64,000 nt of DNA from Parcubacteria group bacterium LiPW_15 (GCA_007375645.1 VMER01000001.1:69139-133138); one strand, 5' to 3'; positions 33,228 to 43,464 are shown, numbered from the stretch's first letter. Notes: generated from the letters alone by a model not told the origin. Program-made: numbers and translations.

Positions 33228-34187
33228 ATGGAACGAGCCATACGAACCTCAAACAAACAGTTCGCTTACAAGCCGGAAGTAGTTAACAAAAAGAACCTCA
33301 AAAAGAAATCCGGATTTATCGTCACCGGGATGGGCGGTTCGGCTCTTTCCGCCGGACTCTTAAAAAACACGTTCCCGAATTTGGACATAATTGTTCATCG
33401 TAATTACGGACTTCCGAATATCCCACTTAAAGAATTAAAGAACCATCTGTTTATCGCCAGTTCCTATTCGGGTAACACCGAAGAGGTGATAGATTCGCTT
33501 TCGGCGGCAAGAAAGGCGAAGCTTGCCGTGGCAGTGGTCGCGACCGGCGGAAAACTTTTAAAAATAGCGATAGATAATAAATTGCCGTATGTGCAGCTGC
33601 CGGACGAAAATATCCAGCCGCGCATGGCCTTGGGGCTTTCCGCAAAAGCGCTTTTGAAAATTATGGGCAAAGAAGCGGAACTTAAAAAAATATCCGCGCT
33701 TGAGACGCTTGATCCAGGCAAGTTTGAAGCCGCTGGCAGAACTCTCGCCGGGAAACTTTTCGGAAGGATTCCGGTCATTTACGCATCCGACAAAAATGGT
33801 TCTCTGGCCTACACCTGGAAGATAAAATTTAACGAGACCGCAAAGATCCCGGCGTTTTACGATGTGCTCCCGGAATTGAACCATAACGAGATGACCGGTT
33901 TCGGCGGCGAAGGCGAGGCCAGGAAAATTTCCGAAAAATTCTTCTTTTTGTTCCTTAAAGAGAAGAAGGATGATCCGCGCATCAGGCGCAGAATGGAAGT
34001 GCTCGAAGATATTTTGAGAGGTTTAGGTTTTAGCTTTGAGGTTATAGACACTGATGGGAAAAATGACGCGGAGAAAGTATTTTCTTCTCTAATGCTCGCG
34101 GACTGGACCTCTTACTATCTGGCTTATAAGTACGGAGCCGATCCGGAGGCGGTTCCTTTGGTCGAGAAATTTAAAAAGCTTTTGTAA
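33228..34187 (+). CDS. pgi: bifunctional phosphoglucose/phosphomannose isomerase (SIS domain)
   Basis: IVTGMGGSALSAG, ASSYSGNTEE. Confidence 0.7.
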   Translation: MERAIRTSNKQFAYKPEVVNKKNLKKKSGFIVTGMGGSALSAGLLKNTFPNLDIIVHRNYGLPNIPLKELKNHLFIASSYSGNTEEVIDSLSAARKAKLAVAVVATGGKLLKIAIDNKLPYVQLPDENIQPRMALGLSAKALLKIMGKEAELKKISALETLDPGKFEAAGRTLAGKLFGRIPVIYASDKNGSLAYTWKIKFNETAKIPAFYDVLPELNHNEMTGFGGEGEARKISEKFFFLFLKEKKDDPRIRRRMEVLEDILRGLGFSFEVIDTDGKNDAEKVFSSLMLADWTSYYLAYKYGADPEAVPLVEKFKKLL

Positions 34188-34190
34188 AAC

Positions 34191-35036
34191 ATGTATCTCG
34201 TATTTGACATCGGCGGCTCCAAAACCCGCCTCGGAATTTCCGAAGATAAACAAACTCTGTTCGGGGAACCGAAAGTGATAGACACGCCAAAAGTTTTTGA
34301 AGACGGAATAAAGCTCATTAGCCAAACTGTCGGCGAGATGCTTGCCGGAAAAAAGCTTATAGCGGCCGCGGGCGGGGTGGCCGGAGTTTTGGACAAGACG
34401 AAATCCGAACTTGCGCGGGCTCCTCATCTTGAAGGCTGGGCCTGGAAACCGCTTAAGGAAAGCCTGGAAACGGCACTAAACTGCCCCATAAAGCTCGAAA
34501 ACGATTCGGCGGTTGTGGGTTTAGGCGAGGCGCACGAGGGAAAGGGGAAGGGGCAAAGAATAGTGGCTTATCTTACTGTTTCTACCGGTGTCGGCGGGGC
34601 GAGGATAACCAATGGGAAAATTGATGAGACTTCGCTTGGTTTCGAACCGGGACATCAAATAATAGACCCGAATGGTTTAACTTGTCTGGCTTGCGGGGTC
34701 AAAGGACACCTGGAGGCCTACGTCTCCGGCTACCAAATTGGCATAACCTACAAAATGCCGGCGTATGAAATAGCGGATGCGAATGTCTGGGAAGAACTTT
34801 CCAAATACTTGGCGATCGGGGTCAATAATGTCCTGGTCCATTGGTCGCCGGATATTGTGGTCGTGGGCGGCAGCATGATGAAGCAAGTCGGCATTCCGAT
34901 AGAGAGGGTGCGCGCGCATTTGAAAGAAATGCTAAAAATATTTCCGACCATTCCGCCAATAGAGCTCGCGACCTTGGGCGACCTGGGCGGTCTCTACGGC
35001 GGCCTTGCCCTGCATCGAGAAAATACAAATTTATAA
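34191..35036 (+). CDS. glk: ROK-family glucokinase
   Basis: FDIGGSKTR, ENDSAVVGLGE, zinc motif CLACGVKGHLEAYVSG. Confidence 0.8.
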   Translation: MYLVFDIGGSKTRLGISEDKQTLFGEPKVIDTPKVFEDGIKLISQTVGEMLAGKKLIAAAGGVAGVLDKTKSELARAPHLEGWAWKPLKESLETALNCPIKLENDSAVVGLGEAHEGKGKGQRIVAYLTVSTGVGGARITNGKIDETSLGFEPGHQIIDPNGLTCLACGVKGHLEAYVSGYQIGITYKMPAYEIADANVWEELSKYLAIGVNNVLVHWSPDIVVVGGSMMKQVGIPIERVRAHLKEMLKIFPTIPPIELATLGDLGGLYGGLALHRENTNL

Positions 35037-35039
35037 ATT

Positions 35040-35804
35040 ATGTCCGAATACTATAATCCGAATCGCACCAAAAACGTTTTCAATCCCGAGTCAAAAGAAG
35101 CATTCAGAGTCAGCCGTTCGAAAATAGATCTGTTTTTGAACTGTCCTCGCTGTTTTTATTTGGACAGGCGCATGGGCGTGGGCCAGCCGCCGGGATATCC
35201 GTTCTCACTGAACTCCGCGGTAGATAAATTGCTCAAAAAAGAATTTGATTCGCATCGCGCGAAAGGAACCCCGCATCCTTTGATGGAACATTACGGAGTC
35301 GATGCCGTGCCGTTTGTGCATCCCAAAATGGATGAATGGCGCGATTCCTTAAAGCGAGGAATAACCTACACCGATCCGGAGACGAATTTAACCATCACCG
35401 GAGGCGTGGACGATGTTTGGGTGACTCCAAAAGGCGAACTGATAATCGTGGACTATAAAGCTACTTCTAAGACCGGAGAAGTTAATTTGGATGCGGATTG
35501 GCAGATAGGCTACAAACGGCAGATGGAAGTTTATCAATGGCTATTCAGAAAGAACGGATTTGAAGTATCGGATACAGGATATTTTGTTTACTGTAATGGC
35601 GACGCGGACAAAGAAGCTTTTGACGCGAAATTGGAATTCACCATAAAACTGATCCCGTACGAAGGAAATCCGTCTTGGGTGGAGGGAGCTGTGCGTCAGA
35701 TAAAAAAGACTTTAATGAGCGCGGAGTTGCCGCCGCCGGGAGACGATTGTGATTATTGCAAATACAGGAAGGCGGTCTCGGAGGTCCTCGGGCTCGGTAA
35801 ATAA
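35040..35804 (+). CDS. PD-(D/E)xK nuclease with four-Cys cluster (Cas4/RecB-like fold), not in a CRISPR context
   Basis: CPRC near N-terminus, GGVDDVWV..LIIVDYKAT (D ... D-x-K), C-terminal CDYC. Confidence 0.55.
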   Translation: MSEYYNPNRTKNVFNPESKEAFRVSRSKIDLFLNCPRCFYLDRRMGVGQPPGYPFSLNSAVDKLLKKEFDSHRAKGTPHPLMEHYGVDAVPFVHPKMDEWRDSLKRGITYTDPETNLTITGGVDDVWVTPKGELIIVDYKATSKTGEVNLDADWQIGYKRQMEVYQWLFRKNGFEVSDTGYFVYCNGDADKEAFDAKLEFTIKLIPYEGNPSWVEGAVRQIKKTLMSAELPPPGDDCDYCKYRKAVSEVLGLGK

Positions 35805-36139
35805 TGCTAACCATAAGAAGACAAAGGCAACTTCATTGGACCTCGCATGCGCGGAGCAAGATGCTTTTTTATCGCCTGAGTGAGGGAAGGATAAAAAGAG
35901 TTCTGAATGCCCCGGAGCGCATTGAGACGGGCATTGCGCCCGAGACCGTAGCCATGATGCAGACCCAGCGCGGACCCAAGAATTCCCATGAGATATGGGT
36001 AATGGTCGCGGACGATAAGGTTCGGAGAAAGGTTGTAAGCGCTTGGAGATATCCGGGCAAAACCAAACCCGGCGAAAAGCTTCCGGAGGAGATTTTAAAG
36101 GAGTTTCGTTCGGGATTGGCTATAATTAAAGAAAGATGA
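35804..36139 (+). CDS. hypothetical protein (111 aa)
   Basis: start overlaps upstream stop (ATGA). Confidence 0.4.
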   Translation: MLTIRRQRQLHWTSHARSKMLFYRLSEGRIKRVLNAPERIETGIAPETVAMMQTQRGPKNSHEIWVMVADDKVRRKVVSAWRYPGKTKPGEKLPEEILKEFRSGLAIIKER

Positions 36140-36660
36140 GAACTGTATTTGTTGTTATACTTATTGTGATAGCCGCGGGATTTTTATTTGTATACGCGCG
36201 GCCGCAAACTCAAATGGAATTAAAAAGCTTCAGTTTCGATAAAAACGGAGTAATGCCGTCCCGGTTAAGTTGCGATGGAGGGAATTTAAGTCCGCATCTA
36301 ACGATAAGCGGAGTTTCGGCGGCGGCCAAAAGTTTGGCGCTTATTGTTGACGACCCCGATGCGACGCGGGGCGGAACGTTCACGCATTGGATAATTTGGA
36401 ATATTCCGGCCGGCACGACCGATATGCTGGAGGGCCAATATCCGCAGGGAGCGATCCAGGGCAGAAATGATTTCGGCAGTTCAAGCTACGGAGGTCCTTG
36501 TCCGCCAAGCGGCGTTACGCATAGTTACCATTTCAAACTGTATGCGTTGGACGCGCTTCTCTCTTTATCAACCGATTCCACGGTTCAGGACCTGGAGCCG
36601 GAGATAGAAAAACACTTAATCGAAAAAGCCGAACTCGTTGGAACTTATAGCAGACCTTAA
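36136..36660 (+). CDS. YbhB/YbcL-type PEBP family protein
   Basis: LIVDDPDA..GTFTHWIIWNIP, YGGPCPPSGVTHSYHFKLYALD. Confidence 0.75.
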   Translation: MRTVFVVILIVIAAGFLFVYARPQTQMELKSFSFDKNGVMPSRLSCDGGNLSPHLTISGVSAAAKSLALIVDDPDATRGGTFTHWIIWNIPAGTTDMLEGQYPQGAIQGRNDFGSSSYGGPCPPSGVTHSYHFKLYALDALLSLSTDSTVQDLEPEIEKHLIEKAELVGTYSRP

Positions 36661-37014
36661 ATGCGAATATTTATCGGAACAATTTTACTGCGGCTCGGGA
36701 TCGCGTTCGCCCTGCTTTATCCCGCAGTGATGTCGTTCGTGAATCCCGATAAATGGACGGCGCTTCTGCCTCCGGTCCTGACTGCGCTTATAGCCCCCAA
36801 AAATTTGCTGATGATCCTTGCGGGATATAATTTACTTTTTGCAATTTTAATCTTAGTAAAACCGGATCCGGGTTGGGCGATCTGCGGCATTTTGTTTGTA
36901 ACCTTTATCGCGTTGGCTGTTTTAGGCTATCGCGATCTGGATCTGGTATATCAAAATATTTCTGTGGGCCTGGCGACGCTAGCTCTCGGGCTTTTCGGAA
37001 AAACGAGGGGTTGA
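36661..37014 (+). CDS. hypothetical small membrane protein
   Basis: 4 hydrophobic helices. Confidence 0.45.
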   Translation: MRIFIGTILLRLGIAFALLYPAVMSFVNPDKWTALLPPVLTALIAPKNLLMILAGYNLLFAILILVKPDPGWAICGILFVTFIALAVLGYRDLDLVYQNISVGLATLALGLFGKTRG

Positions 37015-37075
37015 TTTCGAATTGATTAAAGGCTAATCTCTGCATAGTATCGGAGTGTCTTTTGGAGGTGGCGTG

Positions 37076-37366
37076 ATGCCGTGGAATGTGAATTTTGAAC
37101 TCAGGGAAGAAGACAAGAAACATCTGGAACGATTTGCGGGTAAGCTCGGACTGGATTGGCGCGGCGTGACCATGATGGGGCTGGCCCTCGCAGAGGTGAT
37201 CCAGGAAAAAGTGGTTGAGCAGAGGCAGGCGATTTGTCTCAAGGGCGAGGCCTACGGACCGCTTGAAGGCATCATGATCCACCCCTGGTCTTCCGAGGAT
37301 GAATCGGCAAAGCCTCTCGCTAAGGTATTGGCCTATCGGCCGAAAACGCAGAAGAGGGCTCCGTGA
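37076..37366 (+). CDS. hypothetical protein (96 aa)
   Basis: SD tggaggtgg 5 nt before ATG. Confidence 0.4.
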   Translation: MPWNVNFELREEDKKHLERFAGKLGLDWRGVTMMGLALAEVIQEKVVEQRQAICLKGEAYGPLEGIMIHPWSSEDESAKPLAKVLAYRPKTQKRAP

Positions 37367-37409
37367 GGGGCCCTTTTTAAAATCGAAAAATTCTGTTAAA
37401 GTTCTACCG

Positions 37410-38405
37410 ATGAAACTTTCCATCGGAATCGTGGGTATGCCGAATGTCGGCAAGTCCACTTTATTCAAAAACTTAACCAAATCCGAAGTTCACATCGCGA
37501 ACTATCCATTTGCGACCATTGATCCGAACGTGGGCGTGGTAACCGTTCCAGACGAACGGCTCGCAACGCTTGCGAATTTAAGTAAATCAAAAAAAATAAT
37601 TCCGGCGGTAGTAGAGTTTTATGATATCGCCGGGCTCGTCAAAGGCGCTTCGCAAGGGGAAGGATTGGGAAATCAATTCTTAACCCACATCCGCGATACT
37701 CAGGCGATAGCCGTGGTTCTTCGTATATTCAAAAATCCGGAAATCATTCACGTGGAAGGGGCGCCCGATCCATTAAGAGATCTGGAGATAATAAACAGCG
37801 AACTCGCGCTCAAAGATCTGGATACCATTGAAAAACGGCTTAAAAAGCTGGAAGGCGAAGCGCGCGCGGGCGACAAGATCGCCATTAAAGCTTTGGAGAC
37901 CATAAATAAGGTAAAAGCCGTTCTTGAGAAAGGGGGATTGGCGCTTGAGTTCAGGGATGAACCGATAGTCAAAGAACTGACCCTTTTAACCGCCAAGCGG
38001 CAGGTTTATTTATTGAACGGCGAGGAATCGGAAATCCCACCGGGACTCTTGGAAAAAATTAAAGAAGTGGGAGCGGATTATGTGGTGGCCGATCTTTCCA
38101 AAGAGGCGGCTGTCCCTCAGCTCATCAAAAAAGCTTACGAGATACTGGACCTTATAAGTTTTCTAACGACCGGAGAAGACGAGACTCGCGCTTGGACCAT
38201 TGTGCGCGGGGAAAAAGCCCCGCAGGCAGCCGGCGCAATTCATACCGATTTTGAAAATAACTTCATTCGCGCAGAAGTGGTTTCTTCCGAGGATCTGATA
38301 AAATGCGGCGGGTGGAACCAGGCCAAACAAAAAGGTTTGGTTCGCCTGGAAGGTAAAGAATACGTTGTTCGTGACGGCGACGTGATGGTGATAAGGCACG
38401 GATAG
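37410..38405 (+). CDS. ychF: ribosome-binding ATPase YchF (Obg-family GTPase)
   Basis: MKLSIGIVGMPNVGKSTLF, DIAGLVKGAS, C-terminal TGS-like domain. Confidence 0.85.
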   Translation: MKLSIGIVGMPNVGKSTLFKNLTKSEVHIANYPFATIDPNVGVVTVPDERLATLANLSKSKKIIPAVVEFYDIAGLVKGASQGEGLGNQFLTHIRDTQAIAVVLRIFKNPEIIHVEGAPDPLRDLEIINSELALKDLDTIEKRLKKLEGEARAGDKIAIKALETINKVKAVLEKGGLALEFRDEPIVKELTLLTAKRQVYLLNGEESEIPPGLLEKIKEVGADYVVADLSKEAAVPQLIKKAYEILDLISFLTTGEDETRAWTIVRGEKAPQAAGAIHTDFENNFIRAEVVSSEDLIKCGGWNQAKQKGLVRLEGKEYVVRDGDVMVIRHG

Positions 38406-38406
38406 A

Positions 38407-38435
38407 TTGACGGAATATCATTTGAGTCTTATAAT
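38407..38435 (+). promoter_or_regulatory. putative sigma-70 promoter TTGACG-N17-TATAAT
   Basis: consensus hexamers about 40 nt before the 38477 gene. Confidence 0.45.
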
Positions 38436-38476
38436 TTTTCCCAGCACTGTAAATCTCTTACCTCAGGAGGAAAAGC

Positions 38477-38710
38477 ATGCCGGAAAAGGTGTGGGCTTAT
38501 TGCAAAGGGTGTGAGAAGAACCGCGATTTCCATTTCGCGTACGATCACGTCTCAAACATCGAAGATGTGGTGAAGCGTGGAGCAACTCCTCGGAAGATGC
38601 GCATCTTCCGCTGCCCTCAGTGTCTTGAGGAGTGCGATGAAGGATCGGTTCCCAAGCCGAAGCTCGAAGCCTTGGATAGGATCAAGGCCCGACAGCTCAG
38701 GGCGACGTAG
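38477..38710 (+). CDS. small zinc-ribbon protein (2x CxxC), GC-rich
   Basis: CKGC..CPQC; SD caggagg 8 nt upstream. Confidence 0.5.
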   Translation: MPEKVWAYCKGCEKNRDFHFAYDHVSNIEDVVKRGATPRKMRIFRCPQCLEECDEGSVPKPKLEALDRIKARQLRAT

Positions 38711-38740
38711 ATCTATCTACCGAAAGGAGCGCCAACGAAC

Positions 38741-38953
38741 GTGACCAATCAGATCCTCGGACATTGCGAGCGATGCCACTGCGACAAGTTCTTCGTCAGG
38801 GCTCAGCAAGCAGACGGGAATCTCGAAGAAGAAACCACCTTGGAGTGCCCGACCTGCGAGGTGAGGTACTTTTCGGATGAGCTTCCTGCGCCGAAAAATA
38901 CTCGTCTCCCCAGAGAACCGACCAAGAAGTTAAAGGAGATGAGGTTTTGCTGA
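38741..38953 (+). CDS. small zinc-ribbon protein (2x CxxC, GTG start), paralog-like
   Basis: CERCHC..CPTC; terminator ggccgcccgaaagggcggcc plus T-tract at 38961-38993. Confidence 0.45.
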   Translation: MTNQILGHCERCHCDKFFVRAQQADGNLEEETTLECPTCEVRYFSDELPAPKNTRLPREPTKKLKEMRFC

Positions 38954-39134
38954 CCGCAACAAGGCCGCCCGAAAGGGCGGCCCAATCTATTTTAATTTCG
39001 TGCGGAGAGCGCGCCTTCTAGGGTTTCATCATCCCGCACCAAACGAGCATTGCGGCCGGGGCTAACCGCCGGGCCGTTCTAAAACAGATGCTCGTTTGGT
39101 GACGGGACAGGTCCGCTTCACCTCAATATTTTAT

Positions 39135-39740
39135 CTAACTTCTTCCTTCTAATGCCCCCTCAAGAGTCTCATCATCTGCGAATTCTATCTCACCGCCCGT
39201 GGGGAGACCACGTCCGAGTCTGGTTATTTTTTTAGAAAAGCCATCCAACTCTTTTCGCAATATTCCCGCGTTCCAATCGCCAACACTTGTCGGGTTAAAG
39301 CCCAGAATTATTTCCTCCGCTTGTCCGCCAAATTCTTTTTGGATAAATGATTTTAAACTTTGGAGCCGAAGTTTTTGAATGTCATCCAATATTCCGGTTT
39401 TGGGTATCACGCCCAGAACCAGATATCGCCCGGAATATTTTTTTGTCTGTTCGATGGAAATCAGATCAGTTTCTTTTTCCACGATCATTATCATTTTTTG
39501 ATTTCTTTCCTTGTCGGCACATACGTCACAAAGGTCTCCGGGATTCTCGTGGATAAAGAAACACCGCGCGCAAACTTTTATATTCTTAAGCTTGTCCAAA
39601 TTATCTGCCAGGTTGGCAACGGATTGTTTTCCTTTGTCTACCAAATGAAAAGCTAATCGGGTGGCTTGCCTCGGTCCGATAGATGGCAGATCGGAAAGCT
39701 CGTCAATGAAGGCTTTTAACGATTGGGGAATTCTTATCAT
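39135..39740 (-). CDS. recR: recombination protein RecR
   Basis: LPSIGPRQATRLAFHL, C..C...C..C zinc finger, Toprim. Confidence 0.85.
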   Translation of the reverse strand: MIRIPQSLKAFIDELSDLPSIGPRQATRLAFHLVDKGKQSVANLADNLDKLKNIKVCARCFFIHENPGDLCDVCADKERNQKMIMIVEKETDLISIEQTKKYSGRYLVLGVIPKTGILDDIQKLRLQSLKSFIQKEFGGQAEEIILGFNPTSVGDWNAGILRKELDGFSKKITRLGRGLPTGGEIEFADDETLEGALEGRS

Positions 39741-39741
39741 A

Positions 39742-41157
39742 TTAGAATATGTCCGGCGGCAGTTCGCGATGAGTGTCTATGCTCTTGAAGGTCGCGAAGT
39801 CCTGGTCAAATCTGAGTTGAAGGCTGCCGATAGGACCGTTCCTGTGTTTGGCCACATGGATGGTCGCGATGCCTTGTTCTTCGGGAAGAACATCCTGGCC
39901 TCCGCGGTCTTTGCGGGATATAAACATAACTACGTCCGCATCTTGCTCGATAGAGCCGGAGTCTCTAAGATCGGAAAGTTTAGGGCCGCCTCCGTAATCA
40001 CGTTTATCTATGTCGCGGGAAAGCTGTGAGAGCGCTAAAACGGGCGTTTTTAGCTCCCTAGCCAAAGCTTTAAGTCCGCGGGAGATCTCAGTTATCTGCT
40101 GGACGGTATTATCCGAATTGGTACGGGGAGTAATAAGCTGGAGATAATCCACCACGATGAGGCCAAGCCCGTGTTCCACTTGAAGTCTTCTTGCCATGGA
40201 ACGCATCTGGAGGATATTCATAGAAGGAGTGTCTTCAATATAGATGTGAGCCTCGGAAAGGCGATCCAGAGAACTTTGGATCATTTGGAACTCCACATCG
40301 TCGCGAATTTTTCCGGTGCGAATTTCCCAAAGCGGAACCTGAGATTCAGCGGAGATTATGCGATCGATAACCTGTTCCCGGGACATTTCAAGCGAAAAGA
40401 AGCCAACCGGTATTTTTGCGACGAGTGCCGCGTGCCGCATGATGTCCAAAGCCATAGAAGTTTTACCGAGAGACGGTCTGGCTCCCAAAATTATAAGATC
40501 CGATTTCTGGAGGCCGGACAAAATATTATCCAGCTTCGGAAAGCCGGTCGGGACTCCGCGCATGCCCTCGCCTCCGGCGTGAAGTTTTTCGATGCGCTCG
40601 TAGGCGCCTTTTAGTTCATCCTTTATATGGACAAAGTTTTTGGTGAGCGAACTTTGAGAAATGTTCAATATTCTCTGTTCAATAGAATCCAAGAGGGATT
40701 CCACATCCTCTCCCGGATCAAAAGCGCTTTCCGTAATTTCCGCCGAAGTTTTAATAAGGTCGCGCAAAACTTTTTTCTCTTTAACGATCTGAGCGTAATG
40801 ATCTGCGTGCGCCGCAGTTGTGACCAGGTTGGTTAGTTCCGCGAGATAGCCTGAGCCGCCCACATCTTTTAATCTTCCCGACTCCTTAAGCGCATTTGCG
40901 ACTGTCGCGATGTCTATCGGCTGATGCTTAATATAGAGCTCAATGATAGCCTTAAATATTTCTTCGTGCGCGGGACTATAAAAATCATGTTCCTCCAATA
41001 CATCCGCAATTTTATGGATCGCGTTCTTGTCTATAAGAATACTCCCCAAAACAGTTTGTTCGGCTTCTATGTTTTGAGGAGGTATTTTGAGCGTCGGTTT
41101 TTTCGTTTGCATATCAGTCACGGACCCAGATGAAGGGTCCTTGGGGGGTATCTTCAA
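39742..41157 (-). CDS. dnaB: replicative DNA helicase DnaB (start possibly Met at 41112)
   Basis: NIEAEQTVLGSIL, GARPSLGKTSMALDI, IVVDYLQLI. Confidence 0.9.
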   Translation of the reverse strand: MKIPPKDPSSGSVTDMQTKKPTLKIPPQNIEAEQTVLGSILIDKNAIHKIADVLEEHDFYSPAHEEIFKAIIELYIKHQPIDIATVANALKESGRLKDVGGSGYLAELTNLVTTAAHADHYAQIVKEKKVLRDLIKTSAEITESAFDPGEDVESLLDSIEQRILNISQSSLTKNFVHIKDELKGAYERIEKLHAGGEGMRGVPTGFPKLDNILSGLQKSDLIILGARPSLGKTSMALDIMRHAALVAKIPVGFFSLEMSREQVIDRIISAESQVPLWEIRTGKIRDDVEFQMIQSSLDRLSEAHIYIEDTPSMNILQMRSMARRLQVEHGLGLIVVDYLQLITPRTNSDNTVQQITEISRGLKALARELKTPVLALSQLSRDIDKRDYGGGPKLSDLRDSGSIEQDADVVMFISRKDRGGQDVLPEEQGIATIHVAKHRNGPIGSLQLRFDQDFATFKSIDTHRELPPDIF

Positions 41158-42481
41158 TTGTGTATCCTAACGCATAAGCTTTATCCCTCAAAGCGTCGGA
41201 CTGGATAAACTGTTTAGAACTTCTGTATTTGTCCCGCTTGCGCGCCAAAAGCCTTATTTTAAAAGGGATCCGCGGGGAGGGAAGATCAATGCCAACGGAG
41301 CCGAAAGCGGCAACCAGAGCCGTTTTAAGGCTTTTCCCGGACTTCTTCGAAAGACCATAAATCTTTGGCGCTACTATATTCATGGTTTCAAAGACGGCAG
41401 CCAGGGCATTTGGAGTATTCAGGTCATCGTCCATGGCTTCTTCGAATTTTGCTTTAAATTCTTCGGCATAGTTTCCGCCATCCTCGCCGCGGGCGAGTTC
41501 CAGCTTCCTTACGAAGGCGCCGATGTCGGAGAGGTTCTTTTTGGCGATGGCGATAAGGTTTTCCGTGTAATCAAGAGGGGAGCGATAGTGATGCATAAAA
41601 ACCATCATTCTAAAAAGTTCCGGCGGATTATCTTTTAAAAACGCATGTATGGTCACGAAATTTCCGAGGCTCTTGCTCATCTTTTGACCGTCCACGGTCA
41701 AAAAACCTGCATGTATCCAATGTTTAACAAAAGGTTTTAATCCGGAAGCGGATTCCTGCTGGGCTATTTCCGCTTCGTGGTGCGGGAATTTTAAATCTAG
41801 AGCGCCTCCATGAATGTCGTATTGAGGTCCGAAGAAATGTTCGGTGATAGCGGTATCTTCAATGTGCCAGCCGGGGCGGCCGAAGCCGAGTTCCGTGTTC
41901 CAACCGGGTTCGTCGGTAGAGGAAAGCTTCCAAAGGGAAAAATCTCCGCGATTTCTTTTTTTGTCGCTTGTGTCTATGCGGGTTACGGCGTCCTCCGCCT
42001 GTTCCACGGTGCGGCGGGAGAGCTTTCCGTATTCCGGAAAAGTCTTGAGATCGAAATAATATCCGTCGTCTTCGATTAGATACGCGTTTCCCTTCGCTAT
42101 CAAAGTTTTGACCTGACTTACGATCTCCGCGATATAATCGGTAGCTTTCGCGTACATGTCTACAGAATCTACTCCAAGCGAGCGCATATTTTCGAGATAC
42201 GCTTTTTCAAACTTTCTGGAAATCAGATTCCAGCCGACACTATCTTCTTTGGCTCTTAAAATTATTTTGTCGTCTATGTCGGTGATATTTTGGAGATACG
42301 TAAGCTTGTAGCCTTGGCTTCGGAGATATCTCGCGAAGATATCAAAAAAAAGAAAGGTTCGGGCGTTGCCGATGTGCGGATAATCGTAAACAGTCGGTCC
42401 GCAGACAAAAAGTTTGAGCGGGCGATTGTCCGATTTCTCCAGCGTTTCCTTCGCGCCGCTTAAGGTGTTGAAAAGCTTCAT
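41114..42481 (-). CDS. cysS: cysteinyl-tRNA synthetase
   Basis: CGPTVYDYPHIGNART (HIGH), KMSKSLGN. Confidence 0.9.
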   Translation of the reverse strand: MKLFNTLSGAKETLEKSDNRPLKLFVCGPTVYDYPHIGNARTFLFFDIFARYLRSQGYKLTYLQNITDIDDKIILRAKEDSVGWNLISRKFEKAYLENMRSLGVDSVDMYAKATDYIAEIVSQVKTLIAKGNAYLIEDDGYYFDLKTFPEYGKLSRRTVEQAEDAVTRIDTSDKKRNRGDFSLWKLSSTDEPGWNTELGFGRPGWHIEDTAITEHFFGPQYDIHGGALDLKFPHHEAEIAQQESASGLKPFVKHWIHAGFLTVDGQKMSKSLGNFVTIHAFLKDNPPELFRMMVFMHHYRSPLDYTENLIAIAKKNLSDIGAFVRKLELARGEDGGNYAEEFKAKFEEAMDDDLNTPNALAAVFETMNIVAPKIYGLSKKSGKSLKTALVAAFGSVGIDLPSPRIPFKIRLLARKRDKYRSSKQFIQSDALRDKAYALGYTIEDTPQGPFIWVRD

Positions 42482-43366
42482 TTATAGTAGCCTCCGATTC
42501 TTGAAATAGTTATACAGCACTATCATTCCGACGACAACCAGGCCGACCACTATTTCAAAGCCGTTTTTCATTTCCCGGAACGGATTGTCTATCACATTCA
42601 TATCTACCAGAGCCACAAACAGCACGAAGGGGAAGGTCATGAACGACATTATCGTGAAAGTTTTCATTGCGTCGTTGATGCGCAAATTCAAAAGCTGATT
42701 ATTGGTATCTTCGTAATCCGTGACCGCGCTGCGATAGTCTTCTATGAGATCCAATATCTTTATATGGTCGCCCAAGAGTGCGTCCATATACGGCCGGTTG
42801 GACTCTTCGTCTCCGAAGAACTTGGCGTTGGATATCAGCGAGCGAATGATCGGGCTTTGATGGCGGGAGATTATTCGATATTCGGAGATGTCGCGCTTAA
42901 GCCGTGAAACGGTCTGAAGAACGGTCCTTTCTTTATTTTTGAAAAGCATGGGCCCTACCGCTTCAACTTTTTCCCGAATATGGCGGAGCTGTCTGTCCTG
43001 ATAGTTTAAAAGCGAAGAGAGTATGCGGTAGGTGAGGTCAAAGGAGCTCGAGAAGGCGGGGAAGTCTTCTTTTACGGATTTAAGAGGTTCCACGTCCTCA
43101 TAGTGGACGGTTACAACCGTATCTTTGGTGATTATGAAGTCTATCTCGCTTCGCGTAGAAGTCTGTTCTTTGGGGTCAAAGACGGGGAAGTAGTAAATAA
43201 GATAAAGATAATTCCCATATACCTCAACTTTTGACCTTGCCGAGGGGTTTTCGAGTTCCTTTACGATAACCTCATGCAGCCGGAATTTTCTTCGAAGGTC
43301 GTCAAGATTTTTCTTAGTCGGTCTTATGAGATCTATCCAGGTAATTTCTCCGAAAGTGCGTTCCAT
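42482..43366 (-). CDS. CorA-like divalent cation transporter (putative)
   Basis: cytoplasmic domain plus two C-terminal TM helices with DMNVIDNPF where CorA has GMN. Confidence 0.5.
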   Translation of the reverse strand: MERTFGEITWIDLIRPTKKNLDDLRRKFRLHEVIVKELENPSARSKVEVYGNYLYLIYYFPVFDPKEQTSTRSEIDFIITKDTVVTVHYEDVEPLKSVKEDFPAFSSSFDLTYRILSSLLNYQDRQLRHIREKVEAVGPMLFKNKERTVLQTVSRLKRDISEYRIISRHQSPIIRSLISNAKFFGDEESNRPYMDALLGDHIKILDLIEDYRSAVTDYEDTNNQLLNLRINDAMKTFTIMSFMTFPFVLFVALVDMNVIDNPFREMKNGFEIVVGLVVVGMIVLYNYFKNRRLL

Positions 43367-43464
43367 TGATATTGATTATAACATTTTAAACACTTCGATA
43401 CTTTTAAAATTCCAAAAATTATAAAAATAGCCCTCGTCTTTTGGGGACGAGGGCAGGGTGCCGG

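Noticed and set aside
33197-33246. 10-bp inverted repeat ttcgtatggc/gccatacgaa spanning the pgi start codon
   Set aside because: It is short and could arise by chance. It is noted only as a possible translational hairpin, with insufficient support.
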